A stretch of DNA of 64,000 bases from Lytechinus pictus. Lineage: Eukaryota. The position numbers were made by a program, and so were the translations under genes. Positions 48,605-61,916 of this stretch are shown piece after piece. The DNA is taken from positions 17,176,001 to 17,240,000 of the forward strand of contig NC_087252.1 of the NCBI RefSeq assembly GCF_037042905.1, written 5' to 3'. The stretch's first letter is position 1. Each line of letters begins with the position of its first letter. The notes beneath the pieces were generated by a model. The model saw only the letters and a list, made by a program, of their open reading frames with translations, had not been told where the DNA came from and searched no databases.

Positions 48605-50101
48605 GTTGAGTACAGAAAATCCTACCTGCACATAATGACATTGGCCCTATAACGTGAATAACATGAACATGATGAAGATCGGCAAGAGCAGTCGAAGAGC
48701 CGCAGTGGACCCGAAGGCTTCCAATAAACATATCCAACGTGACAATATCCCTCAGTCTGTCGAAACCAAGAGCAATTAATAATCCATACGTTCTGAATTC
48801 TAGCCCAACGTCTGTTGACACGCATGAAGTTTGCTGTGAAGTAATATCCTTTACTTGTTTGCACACGGATCGAATATTGAATATTCATTTTTCTTAATAA
48901 TATACTCATTAAACTGATTCAGCGTGAAGTCCAAATATCCATATAAGGACATCAGCCCATCACTCGGCGTTGGTGCTGCATTTACTATCATACAGTCAAT
49001 AAAGTTAAGCGTTTTGAAAGATCCTCGCCATCCCGCCCTTATGTAGAACCCCGCCCCCTTTTATTCCAAATCTTCCCTTCTCTATCCCCCTTCTCTCCCT
49101 CTCTCATTCTCTCCCTCTCTCATACAATCTCTCTCTCCATTGCAGTCACTAAAACCATGAACTAGGCAAAAGGGAGAAAGTCAGATATCCCTGAAGCCAT
49201 GTCCCAGGGAAATGGAGTTGGTGAGGCTGCTAAGCACCCGCAAGATGTTTTTACTTTGAAGTGCTGCATGGATTGTTCACCATAGGTAGCAGCAGCACAG
49301 CCCCCCCCCCCCCCTCCACTTCAAATCTTGTAGGTATACTACATAGAAAAAAAATTGATCAAAATCACCTTCACTTTGTAGCGATCCCCCCCCCCTTTTT
49401 TTTCCTCCCCAAATTTTTCGTTTCAAAATTGGTCTTTGTTTTGTAGTAAAACTTTTTGTTTGTTTTCGAATTTAAACCATTACCCCCTGTTTAAAGAAAA
49501 AACGTTTACACGGCCCTGTCTTATGCTAGGGGTAAAAAAAAATCAGACCAAATGGCACAAGAGAAAAGGGCCACGTATACGCGTTCTTACCTACTTTCGC
49601 AAACTATTTTAGTGGAAACCAGTTTAACGTGTGTGTAATGGGCGCACTATATCATGTATACAGTATAGAAGCGGTCTTAGAAGCGATCTCAAAGGGGCTT
49701 CAAAGCCTGCAGTTTTTAAATCCATTAAGGGATCGCAGAGCGAGGGGGGGGGCTGTGCACAGATTTTCCACACGTCGTAGCTGTGTTTTTCCAGTTTCAA
49801 GACCCACTTCTTGGTAAAATTTTCAATCATGGTCTGTGGGTGCTTCAGACTGGCGCTATGTGGGGTGGGGGGGGGGGGGTACAACCATCACAGAAGAACA
49901 GCATTCCCGGTATCAGGATTTAGGGAAATCGGGGACAGAAACCAATAGAGTGCAGTTGATATTAACTTTGATACATTTCCCTGCAGGGGCGTCGATCCAT
50001 TTTTCAGATTGGGGGGGCAAAATCATAAATCAACTTTCCAAAGGCGCTCGATCACACAAAACAAACTCACACACACACACACACACACATATGCCTATAT
50101 A

Positions 50102-51764
50102 CACTGTTGTACGTCATAAAGGTGGAATAAAATATTTTTGAATAAAAATCGACAGTTTTGTTGGTATTTGAAAGACTGCGCGTAGACAAAATGGTAATTG
50201 AGTGATTACTTAATGTTTCCCCATTACACAGGTGACATTATAACATGAGAAATTTGGATTACGTAATAAATTATTTTGTTGTAGACTATAAAAGCCTATG
50301 CATATGATATTCTGTCCCTTTCCCTGATTTAGCACTGTGTATAAGAAGGTTGTATTTTTTCGAGTTCCTTGTACCGTTTGAAATAAAAATCGGTAGAGAC
50401 GTTCCCTGGACTATGCCTGGTCCAACGGCAACAGCAACACGCGAGAGAGTGGTAGCACTGCGACAGGAGGGCTACAAGCAGACTGATACCGCAGAAGTCC
50501 TACGGATATCACAGAGTGCAGTCTCTAAGATCCTGAAACGTCAACGTGAGGCGGGGAATGTGCGGCCACGGAAATCTCCAGGACGTCCCAGATTGACCAC
50601 AAGAAGAGATGATCGCCAACTGTTGAATTTCAGCCGCAGAAACCGGAAATTGCCCACGAGCCGTCTCCGTCGCTTGTGGAGGAGATATCATGGGATCAAC
50701 GTTTCCCGGTCAACCGTTAATCACAGATTGCTCCAACATGGTTACCGAGCACGACGGTTGACCAAATGTCCACGCCTGTCTGTTCACCTCAGAGTAGCTC
50801 GTCTTCTTTGGGCTAGGGAGCACAGAAGGCTTCATCCAGGACATTGGCAACATGTGGTCTTCACGGACGAGAGCCGGTTCATCCTTGACCGAAAGGATGG
50901 GAGACAACGAGTTCGTCGATTAGCCGGGGAAAACCTTTGTGATGAATGTATCCACGAGACGACTCAAGTCGGAGGCGGCTCAGTGATGATATGGGCCGGC
51001 ATCCATTATGGAGGGAAAACGCCAATGGTGGTTCCGGACGGAAACGTCAACGCCGCCGCCTACAGGGATATCTTGGAGTTCCACTGTCTTCCATATGCAA
51101 GACGAGTGTATGGGCACAATTTCCGACTGCAGGATGACAACGCTAGACCGCAAAGGGCCGCTGCAGTAAAGGAATTCCTGGAGGCAGAGGGCGTCGTACA
51201 GTTGCCATGGCCAGCTTGTTCGCCGGATATGAACCCCATAGAGCATGCATGGGATGCCCTAGGCCGAGCCATCAACGACAGAGAGGTCATTCCTCAAAAT
51301 CTGCAGGAGTTGGCAGATGCTCTGAGGGAAGAATGGGACGCTATGCCTGTTGACGTCATCAACACGCTAGTGGACAGCATGTAACGACGTCTGCATGCGC
51401 TGGTTCGTGCCAGGGGTGGACATACCCGATACTAGTGACTGAGTAAGAACAATGACTCAAGTTTGATGCAAATTTGTCCATGAAATCACAAAAAAAGTCA
51501 TCTGGAAAACTAAGAGAGATTGAAAATAAATATCTCATGATCCTTTAATTTACTGTATATTGTCGTCAGTGTTGTTCTATGCTCATGACATCCATCGCTT
51601 AGGACATAAACTTGTAAAATATCACTGTGAAACGTGTGTAAAAGGCAGAATTATAAAGTAAAGTGGTTATCATGCACCATAAATGCCATATTCAAATCAT
51701 GTTGTAATAATTACGCTGAGAAAATTTGGTGAAAAAAAATATTCCACCTTTATGACCAACAGTG
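50102..51764 (+). mobile_element. Full-length Tc1/mariner transposon
   Basis: TA flanks; TIR CACTGTTG(TAC)GTCATAAAGGTGGAATA / TATTCCACCTTTATGACCAACAGTG; transposase inside. Confidence 0.95.
50413..51435 (+). pseudogene. Tc1 DD34E transposase with one nonsense codon near the C-terminus
   Basis: ATG 50413; HTH, GRPR, FTDESRF, QDDNARP, SPDMNPIE with 34 residues between D and E. TAA at 51382-51384 is followed in frame by RRLHALVRARGGHTRY*. Confidence 0.92.
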
Positions 51765-52484
51765 TATATATATATATATATATATATGACTCATGAGATA
51801 TCTCATCAACAAATTAATGCGAGCGCGAAGCGCGAGCTGAAATTTTTTAGTATACTGACCTGATAACAGGAAAAAGGTGCCTGTTTAGGACTGTTTGTAG
51901 TAGTAACTCCTGAGGAGAATACATATCTTAATACACAAATAATGGGAGTGCCGAGAGCGAGCTGAAATTTCTTTATATTCTGACCTGAAAGCTTGATATT
52001 CTAAGCATTTTTGGTACCAATGATTAAGATGGGTATCTAAAAAAAAGCAAAAGATGCGAGCGCGAGCTGAAAATTTTGATATTTCGATCTGAAAAAAAAT
52101 TGAGTTTAGTGGACGTTTTTAATACAGAACAAGATATATATTCAACAAAAGATTATTGCATATCGAAGCGTTCGTTCTTTTGAGGTTTAGACCTGAAAGC
52201 GGGACATTCTATTCACCTATTTAATCATTGAAAAGTATGGGTTTTTGCTACAGAAATGATGCGAGCGCGAAGCGCGAGCTGAAAATTTGTGTATTCCACT
52301 CTGAAAAGCTGACATTTTGAGCACGATTTTAAATAAAGAACGAGTTGTGTATCTCAATCTCGCTTGCTGATTTCTGTGTAATATTACAATCTTATTTTAT
52401 TTTTTGCACATGCAGAATTATTGGGGGGGGGGCAAAACGATATGTTTGCCCCCCAATATTTTCATTGGTGGGGCGATCGCCCCC

Positions 52485-52515
<31 letters not shown>

Positions 52516-53893
52516 ATGATCGACGCCTCTGTTTCCCTGTCATTGAAAAAATATTGAATATTTTAGGCAATATCAAGGGAACGGAAAGCTCGGGGAAAAT
52601 ATGTCTTTATGATATTGAATGATTGATTTCATAACTGTTTAATGTCCATATTATCATATCAATTTAGCTTCTTATCATTTCTCTCGCCCTCTCATTTTTT
52701 CCCCTTTTTTATTAAGTAATTACTTAATTATTATTCTTTTGCAAGCTGACCCATTCACTTATTTTCCTGAGAGTTCGACTAATAGCTCTCTTCATAAATA
52801 TATTTGAAGGTCTTCAGGTCATAATCATTATACGAATTCACAGACCACCGAGTCCACCTTCGTCCTCATGACGATTTAGATTTCGCGTTAGATTATATTT
52901 CACGTTACCAATCGTATAGGTCACGTGGATGGGGTGTAGTTCAGATTCGAATTACCTTTCTGTATTTATAGCCCAACTTAAGTAATACATTTATGTAACT
53001 TATATACAAATAATTTATAACAAACAGATTGGCATATTTCAAATATGCTTGGTAATAGAACATTAACCCTGTAGATGATATTTCCCTAACAGCTCTGTTC
53101 TATGGGAAAATTTAAACCCTCGGTTAAAATGTCACTCAAGCCGCCAAGAAAAAAAATTACACACCTTAATCAGTAAATAGTTGGTATAATATAAAATATT
53201 TATGAATTCTATTGCTAAATGAACATGATAAATCAATGTATTTCACTTAATAGATTGTCATATTTCAAATCTAACAACCTATGCATTGCATTAAGTATGA
53301 CTGAATTTTTCACCACAAAAATTTCGAATTCCATGTTTTTGTAAGATGTGTAAATTGTTTTAGATACAATGTAATGAAATATTCTTACACTGTCAATAGT
53401 CTAACCTCAGGCTCATGGAAACGTGCAGTTTTTCCAAGTAAGCACTCAAGAACAATTAGTTTAGGTGAATTATTAACTTTTATTACTACTTGTTATCTTG
53501 TTCGGTGTCAAGTTCAAGTACCTCACCAGGCAATGGTTCGTAGTAAATGCTGTTGCATTTAAGCAGTAAGCCATAATAAGTGCAGTTATGCTTTATTTCA
53601 TTTCTCAAAACAAATACTCAACGTTTATCAACCGCTTCATCAACGCTTCATCAACCATGGCAGAACACCGATTAGCATGCAACCTTCAACCTCATATAGG
53701 CCTATTTCAAAGGGGAGGTTTAGTCTCAAAGTAAATTGGTTTCTAAAAATAAACTTAGAAATTAAAAATTAACATCATATTATGTACCCTACTTAATTGA
53801 TACCAACTAATATTATCTGCCCCGAAAACCCAAACTGTTCTTTTTGATATATTGCATGTAAACTACACGTCTTGAACCAAATTCCCAACGTAT

Positions 53894-54328
53894 AGGGTAA
53901 ATTGCCAATTCGTCCACTTCCAACTAGTCCACTCACCACATGGTCTACCTTCATTTAGTCTAATACCATTCCGTCCATCAACATTTCGTCTAACAACCAT
54001 TTGGTCCAATAACCATTTGGTCCAATCATCATGATCATCACTTCGTCTAATCACCAGTTCGTATAATTACCATTTCGTCTAATAATCAGTTGGTCTAATA
54101 CACATTTTCTTTTCATTCATTTTGCTCAATTAACACTTTACTTTAATTAATTAGACCGCATGGTATATGGACTAAATAGCTATTGGACCAACTTGTTACT
54201 AGACGGAATGGCGTTAGACTAAATGAAAGTAGACCATGTGGTGAGTGATCAAAGTAATGGTAGACCAAATGATAGTAGACGAGTTGGCAATTGGACGAAT
54301 TGGCATTAGACGAATTGGAAGTAAACCA
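53894..54328. mobile_element. Foldback-like subrepeat element (family of 18711-19092)
   Basis: GGGTAAATTGCCAATTCGTCCA...GACGAATTGGAAGTAAACC. Confidence 0.7.
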
Positions 54329-55976
54329 CCTATACTACCTCAGATCATAATAGAGGTGTACCATAAACAAAGGCATTTAGTTGACATATTTCCTTCAATC
54401 CCAATGAGTTTGGCTTTTGTAAGCAAACTTTGGTGAGCACTGCCATTGCAGATACTACTCAGTTGTCTATAACTTCGTGTAGAAAATTCAAATGACTGGA
54501 GCTACCTTTATAACTTTCTATTTTTGTATCCATCTTTGTTTTTGTATTATTATGTTCCTTTTGTATCCGCGCCTCACTGCACTAGGGTGAATTCAATATT
54601 ACCAGATATCAATTTCACTTAATAACAAAGATATAAACTAATACATTTTAAATGTGACTATCAAACAGATGAACAACGCTGACAAAGATTGATAGTTACA
54701 TGTATGCTATACATAAAGCATGTGATACAGTTGAATAGGGGAAAATACAGGGACCAACTATTTTAATATAAGCAGAAAACTGCTTAAAGCAATAGTAGAC
54801 AACCCAGGTTACAAGCCAACGTTGGCTCTACGTTGGAAACTTGAAAGTCGTTGGACGTTGGAAAAAACTTGATGGATTTACGTTGAATCGACGTTGGAAA
54901 CTAGTTTGATTGGATAGTTGTTGAACAGCCAGCAAAGGTACAACGTTGGAAACTAGTTCGATGGAAAGTTGTTGAACAACCGACAATGGCACAACGTTGA
55001 CAAAGTTGAAAACTAGTTTGTTGGAGATTTGTTGAACGGTCGACAATGGCACAACATTGGAAATTAGTAAGTTTGAGATTAGTTGGATAGTCGACAAAGA
55101 CACAACGTTGGAAACTAGTGTGTTGGAGATTTGTTGGACAATTGACAATGGCACAACGATGGAAACATGTTTAATTGGATAGTTGCTGAACAGCCAACAA
55201 TTACACAACGTTGGCAACGTTGGAAACTAGTTCAATGGAAAGTTGTTGATCAACCGACAATGGCACAACGTTGACAAAGTTGGAAACTAGTTTGTTGGAG
55301 ATTTGTTGGACGGTCGACAAAGGCAAAACGTTGGAAACTAGTAGGTTGGAGATTAGTTGGATAGTCGACGATGACACAAGTTTGGCAACGTTGGAAACTA
55401 GTTCGATGGAAAGTTGTTGATTAACCAACCAACAATGGCACAACGTTGACAAAGCTGGAAACTAGTTCGATGGAAAGTTGTTGAAGAACTGACACTGGCA
55501 CAATGTTGGAAACTGGTAGGTTGGAGATCAGTTGGATAGTCGACGATGAAACAACGTTGGCAATGTTGGAAACTAGTTCGATGAAAAGTTGTTGATCAAC
55601 CGACAATGGCACAACATTGGAAACTGGTGTGTTGGAGATTTGTTGGACGGTCGACAATGGCACAACGTTGGAAACTGGTAGGTTGGAGATCAGTTGGATA
55701 GTCGACGATGACACATCGTTGGCAACGTTGGAACTAGTTCGATGGAAAGTTGTTGAACAACAGACAATGGCACATCATTGGAAACTGGTGTGTTGGAGAT
55801 TTGTTGGACAGCCAACAATGTCATAACGTTGGAAACGAGTTTGATAGGGTAGTTGTTGAACAGCCAACAAAGGCACAGCGTTGACTATATGTTCGATGGA
55901 GAGTTGCTGAACAACCGACAACGGAACAACGTTGGAAACTATTTTCTTGGAGATTTGTTGGACAGTCGACAATGGC

Positions 55977-57466
55977 CACTGGCGTAAATCCCGGGGGGGG
56001 GGGGATGGGGGGATATATCCCCCCCACTTTTCGAGGAGGGGGGGATGGCCTGTACAAACATCCCCCCCCCCCCCACTTTTTACAAAAGAAATGAAAAAAA
56101 ATCACAAGAGATAATTGTTTTATTGGTGAAAATTCTTCCTTAAATACCGCTTAACAAATAAAACAATATCATTGAATCATAAAATGCAAATAAAGAGCCA
56201 TTTCACCATTTCCAAACGAAATACTTATGTCCGTATTATAACATTGAAGATAAACCCCTGTTTCTTCCAATTCATCAATGTTGGGGTCTTTGGGAAGGGA
56301 TTAAGATGGAATGTAAAACTTTTTTTAATGTAATCTCTAATAAAACCATTAAACCATCATGATCATGGGGTAAAAAAAAAAAATAATATTGGAGGGGTAT
56401 TTGCCATATGGACATACAGTGGCGTAACTACGGGGGGCATGGGGGGCACATCCCCCCCCCCCCCCCCCCCATCGGCTGACAAAAAGAAAACGGGGAAAGG
56501 GGGAAAAGGAGAAAAAAGGGAGAAAGGAAGAGAAACGTAGTGGGAAAGAAGAAAATATTATTCATTATAATGTTATATTATATTATAATTATGTTATGTT
56601 ACGTTACAACTTTATGAAACATAATTTGCCCAGGGCCTACGTCGTTTTTTTATTGTTCCTGGTGCTCGCATTGTCTGTTTAACAAGACATATAATCCTGT
56701 TGTACTAAAACATCCCGTTTTCAAGTCAATATAAACCAAATATATTTCCTAGCATTTGAGTTATCATTGTTTTATGTAGTGACATATGCTTCTTTTTCAT
56801 GACTCAAAAGTGATTGCCCCATGTTAAGGTCTTCTTATATATGAAACATTTCCTGTCCGTGATTACGTTCGCATTAGTGGATTGGTGAGATATGTCTGCT
56901 CTTCATGAATTCCTAAAATCAGTACTTAAAATGTCCCTTCTTCTAATCTTAATATCAAAAATTTTCAGCTCGCGCTTCGCGCTCGCATCATTTGGTTAAT
57001 GAAATACGTATGGTCCTAGTTAATTTCTACAAAGAAACCTTAGAATGCCCCACTTCAGGTCTGAATTATCTAAGTTTTCAGCTCGCGCTTCGCGCTCGCA
57101 TTGTTTAGCGAGACAGGTACCTATCATGATTACACAAATTTGATTATATTGTCCCTTTTTAGGTGTGAATATAAAAAAAAATCAGTTCGCGCTTCGCGCT
57201 CGCATTATTTGATCAGTGAGATACATATCCGTTTAATGACATTGTCCTTAAAATGTCTCTATTAGGTCAGTATAACTGGCAACTTCGCGCACTCACTTAG
57301 TGATTCAAAAATTTTGCTGGTGCCCCCCTCCCCAATGCCGTGACCCACGGTACGCCACTGTGGACATATCAATGACAATTCCTTGCATATCTAAAAACAT
57401 GATTGCAAAAAAATGCCAAAATATTTCAGTCATCCCCCCACCCATCAACACGGATTTACGCCAGTG
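55977..57466. mobile_element. hAT-type MITE
   Basis: TIR CACTGGCGTAAATCC / GGATTTACGCCAGTG; 8-bp TSD ACAATGGC. Confidence 0.92.
56417..57360. mobile_element. hAT-type MITE nested in 55977-57466
   Basis: TIR CAGTGGCGTA / TACGCCACTG; 8-bp TSD TGGACATA; an end fragment of the same family lies at ~43591. Confidence 0.92.
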
Positions 57467-58419
57467 ACAATGGCACAATGTTGACAATGTTGGAAACTAG
57501 TTCGATGGCGAGTTGTTGAACAACCGACAATGGCACAACGTTGACAACATTGGAAACTAGTTTATTGGAGAGTTGTTGACAGTTAACATTGACACAATGT
57601 TGGAAACTATAGTTTGATGGATATTTGTTTGAAAGTCAACATAGTATCCCGGCATAATATACACAGTGTTGAGAACGTTAGAAACTGGTTCATTGGAGAA
57701 TTGACGTATAGACGACAACTACTCGCATAATTTCCAAAGGGGGGTCAATCAAATAAGTTAGTTAGCTTGTCTATTCATGTCACCATTGTATCTTCCCAGC
57801 AATAAGGGGAAAATAAATCGAGAGAGAAGGAAAATAATGGGAAGGGAAAGAGGAATTAAAAGGGGAAAACAAAAATAAAGACGGGATAGAATAGAGAGGC
57901 TGCACCGGGGGCTGCAAATGTGTCGATTAATATAGAAAATAAAGGAGAAAAACAAGAAAACAAATACATTTCAAGACCAGAATTTCCAGAAACGCCCTCG
58001 TCCTTTGCAGCTGGCCAGGCCTCTCTCAGTAAGTACGAGATATACATGTAGGCCTACCGTCACATAGCTAGAAGAAATTGAAGAAGGAAATACAAGCATC
58101 AAATGTGCCTATTTAAAAATATCATACTATTCTGATGCACAGAATTATTCGCGACGTCGGACTTCTTCTTCTGTGTAGTCTGCTTTCTTCAAATTTTGAA
58201 CTTGAGGAATCTGGCAGAATTTGGACTGGATTAAGAGGGCTACATGAAAACGGGGATGAAACATATAGTTCAATGATGTCACAAAATTTAATATTGATAA
58301 TGTGAAACTTGGAGGGGATAAATATTGATGTGCATAATATTAGATAGCTGCTGACATGCTTTCTGGCGACATTCTTTACAACTTCTACTCAACACAGATT
58401 TTAACTATATACTCCAGAC

Positions 58420-58605
58420 CAGTGGCGTACCTAGGATTTTCCACAGGGGGGGGGGGCAAAATCGGCCTTCAAGCTCGTCAGGGGGGGCAAAAAAGGTCTT
58501 TTAAGCTCGTCAGGGGGGGCAGGTATATGTCTTTTGTATGGGTTGTGGCTCGTCAGGGGGGGCAGAGTGCCCCCCTGCCCCCCCCCCCCCGTAGGTACGC
58601 TAGTG
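58420..58605. mobile_element. Short hAT-type MITE
   Basis: CAGTGGCGTACCTA / TAGGTACGCTAGTG; 8-bp TSD CTCCAGAC. Confidence 0.9.
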
Positions 58606-61080
58606 CTCCAGACAATTAAATGATGTACTGATGTACAAACGACGTAATTGGGTATCCAACCCACTATACTCCATTAAAATATTTTAATATTTCATTCAAA
58701 ACCTGTTAGCATTATGTCAAACACAGCAATGTCGCATTAGACATTGTTTGTACTGTGTATTCTTTGATACGAGTAGAGGCTTGACATATTTACATGTACG
58801 TGAACCGACAAATCTATTTCTGAAATACTGAGGATAATAGAGATTGTTACAAAAGTGAAAACACCCTGTGTTATCTATCCACAGAAATCTGATCGAATGA
58901 GGAATAATAGGTTTCATCACTGAAGTAAAGACCTGGTCCCACTGGCCGACGGACACAAAACGTATTAATAACGGATACAGCGGACAAGCAACATTTCGGG
59001 GTGGCTCCGTCCGTTTTCATCTGCTCCAGACAATAAACGAACAGGAAAATCAGAATGGACGGATCATGCTTGATGAATATAAAGTCTATGAAACTGTACT
59101 GTTTGTTAGAGACATATCGAAATTTCTGGATTTTCCCATATAAGGATGGTCATAACATGATTACGCAAATGAAGTAGATTTGTTTGCACGTTTTATTTAA
59201 AAGTCAAATAAATAGGTTAAACTTATTATGAACTTCCGTTCAATTTATATTGTTTTCTTTACTTGATTTCCCATATCAATATGCAAATTAACACTACAAA
59301 CATTAAGCTCAACATAAAATGTATTCAACGTCCTTGTTGTGATAGCAGCATATAATTTTAAAGCATAACATTTATGAAATATTTTCCAAAAGGATGCTTA
59401 TTTGCATAATATGCAAATGAGGTAGATTAGTTTCCACTTGTCATTAAAAACATTGAATTCAGCTATCTATCATAAAACTTCACTGAAATTAAATTGTTTT
59501 AGACATTGAATTTGTAATCTTTGAATTATTTTCCTAACTTTTTTGCCATAATTTGCATAGTATGCAAATTTCATAAATTTCCACTGCTTGGATCTGTTGG
59601 GACTTTTAATATGTTGTTTAGGGTACCTTCCTGGAAAGCATTGCAGTGGAATATCCATGTTGTTGAAGCCCCCCAGCCCCCCCCCCCCCCCCCGCTTCCG
59701 CGGCCCCTGCTTCTTGATTGTCATATCACTCTCTACATATGTCTATAAGCCCTAGGAAGATTGACTTTATATTAGACTCTACGCACAACTTTTGCATATT
59801 GTTGTTAATTCTTATTTCTTTTATTGTTATCTCATGTAATCTCATGAAAATCTGGTACTTATGTTGGGGGACAGTAAGTGTTTTAGGATCTGATATACTA
59901 ATTTACTCATCCACACCTTTATATTCCTGGAAATGTGTGCCCTACATTATATCCATTGTTGGGCTATATCCATTGGGCATATTGCTTGTAGGAGTAGCAT
60001 CAAAACGGGTCATTATACATAGCACGTAGATATTTTAAATATTTTTTTGTGATAATGTGTGTACAGATGTGAAATAAAAGCATGTAATGACTTTATTTAA
60101 AAAAGAAAAGGCCATATGTCATAACACAGGTAACAGGTCGCACGAGCCTATTCACATCTGGAAGGCAAACGATATATTAATTTGATATAGCTGATTCGGG
60201 AGCTGATTAACAAAAGTTAATTAATATGACTGTCTATCTTACACTAATTCTATGGAGGGTAAGTGGTGAACATCCTTTTCCCTAACTGGGAAGAAATATC
60301 ACCAACTTTGAAACTATATTTGACTGGCGGAAGAATTAGGGCTATGTAATGTTACTGTTTCAGTTGATGAATTTGATCACTCAGAATAATTATGTTTTCA
60401 TTTAATGTTATAAGAAACACATTTTCCTTCATGTGAATTTATTGGATTAAGAAAGAAATGTATTCCATTTAAATTTCACCTTGAATTCATCGATTTTTTT
60501 TATGCTTGCAAATGATTTTCTCATGAAATTTTAAAATTGATAAATATTCTAAATAGGCCTATATAGTTGTTAAAAATTAATACGGACACCGATCGCGAAT
60601 TGAAGAAATCCATGATTATTCAGCGCAGAACTCTAGAGGGAGACAGACTTTTTTCAATCATCGCAGCTGTGATCACGAAATAGCCAAGATGGGAAAGACG
60701 ATTGTTGCTGAAAGTGAGATAGAACAATCAGTTTGGAAGTTAATAGAAAATAAGAGCTTTGTATTTGGCCTAATTGTTGGGAAGGTAAGAAAAAAATACG
60801 ATGTTAATTCGACACAATCATGACAATGAACCATTATTGTAGATTTGAAAAGAAATCATAGTCCCATACGTTTTAAATTATGTTAGTTCTCTGATGGTGG
60901 TCCCCAAGTCTGCGCACCTAACGATTTGAGTTAAAACTTAAAGGAGAATGAAACCCTTGAAACCAGCTGAATCCATATCAAAGAGAAAAATCAAAGAAAC
61001 ACATTGTTGAAAGTTTGAGGAAGATTGAATGAATAATAATAAAGTTATGAGCATTTGAATAATGAGATCACTAATGCCAT

Positions 61081-61603
61081 GTATGATGGGGGGACCTAAA
61101 GCTACGCACTTTGTTTTCAAACAATAAAAACTATCCCAATTTTAATATTTCAACAAATTATCTTTCACTAATTTGTGGCAAACATTCTAAAGATCGTTAA
61201 CCAAGAAGAAAATATCGCAAAACTCACAAATACGAAAATCCCACCGTGTTTTCCGAACACCTCTTGATTTCGCCGCCCGATGTAGAAGCGGTCCTGAAGC
61301 TACGCACTCGATTTATCATACAAAAAATAGTATTTCCTGTGCCTCAATTTCTAAAATATATTCAAATTATTATAGGATAAAATGAAATTAAAGCGAATAT
61401 AACTCCAAAATTCCAAACAGTTGTTGGTTTTCTCTGCATTTAGAGATTTACTGCAGCCTCTGTTGAAAAAATTGAATAGGAATCGTTCGTCACTCTGCAG
61501 TCACAGTTCCACACACAGAGTGCGTATTTGCCATAAAAACTGCGTGCGCGATGAGTGGTGCGTAGCTTTAGGACCCGCGCAGCTTTAGGACCCCCTACCA
61601 TAC
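61081..61603. mobile_element. Nested TIR element
   Basis: GTATGATGGGGGGACCTAAAGCT / AGCTTTAGGACCCCCTACCATAC. Confidence 0.6.
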
Positions 61604-61787
61604 TACTTCTACTATGATGCACTCTAGGCGACACCGCAATACTTATCCGTGTTAATAAAGTGGGACTCCGCTCACGCGCGTTTGGGCCTCCCTAGCTTAG
61701 AACTAAGCACTAATATCACCTTAAAAACTAAATCTACAAGGTATGTATAATCTATTTAGTAATTTGATAATGTTTAAACGGTACTCA

Positions 61788-61874
61788 CAGACCTTCATTT
61801 TTGAGGAGCGCGATCGCGCCGGCGCTCCTACCGCGCTCCTTAAAAAAAAATAAGGAGAGCAAAAAATCGCGCTC

Positions 61875-61916
<42 letters not shown>

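Larger units (their letters stand above)
49984..52531. mobile_element. hAT-type non-autonomous element hosting the Tc1
   Basis: TIR CAGGGGCGTCGATC / GATCGACGCCTCTG; 8-bp TSD TTTCCCTG on both sides. Confidence 0.9.
54802..57700. repeat. ~42-bp tandem repeat array (CAACGTTGGAAACTAGT...GTCGACAATGGCA), interrupted by nested hAT MITEs
   Basis: More than 25 diverged units with alternating variants; array resumes after 57466. Confidence 0.85.

Noticed and set aside
50350..50412. TTG-initiated N-terminal extension of the Tc1 transposase
   Set aside because: In a eukaryote the ATG at 50413 is the plausible start and gives a typical Tc1 length.
54802..57700. CRISPR-like regular repeats with palindromic cores
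   Set aside because: The intervening segments are themselves repeated variants, not unique spacers; no cas genes; eukaryotic context.
58876..58920. Candidate terminal exon of a second NLR on the minus strand (DETYYSSFDQISVDR*)
   Set aside because: Too short, no similarity to the first gene's last exon, and no partner exons identified in the window.
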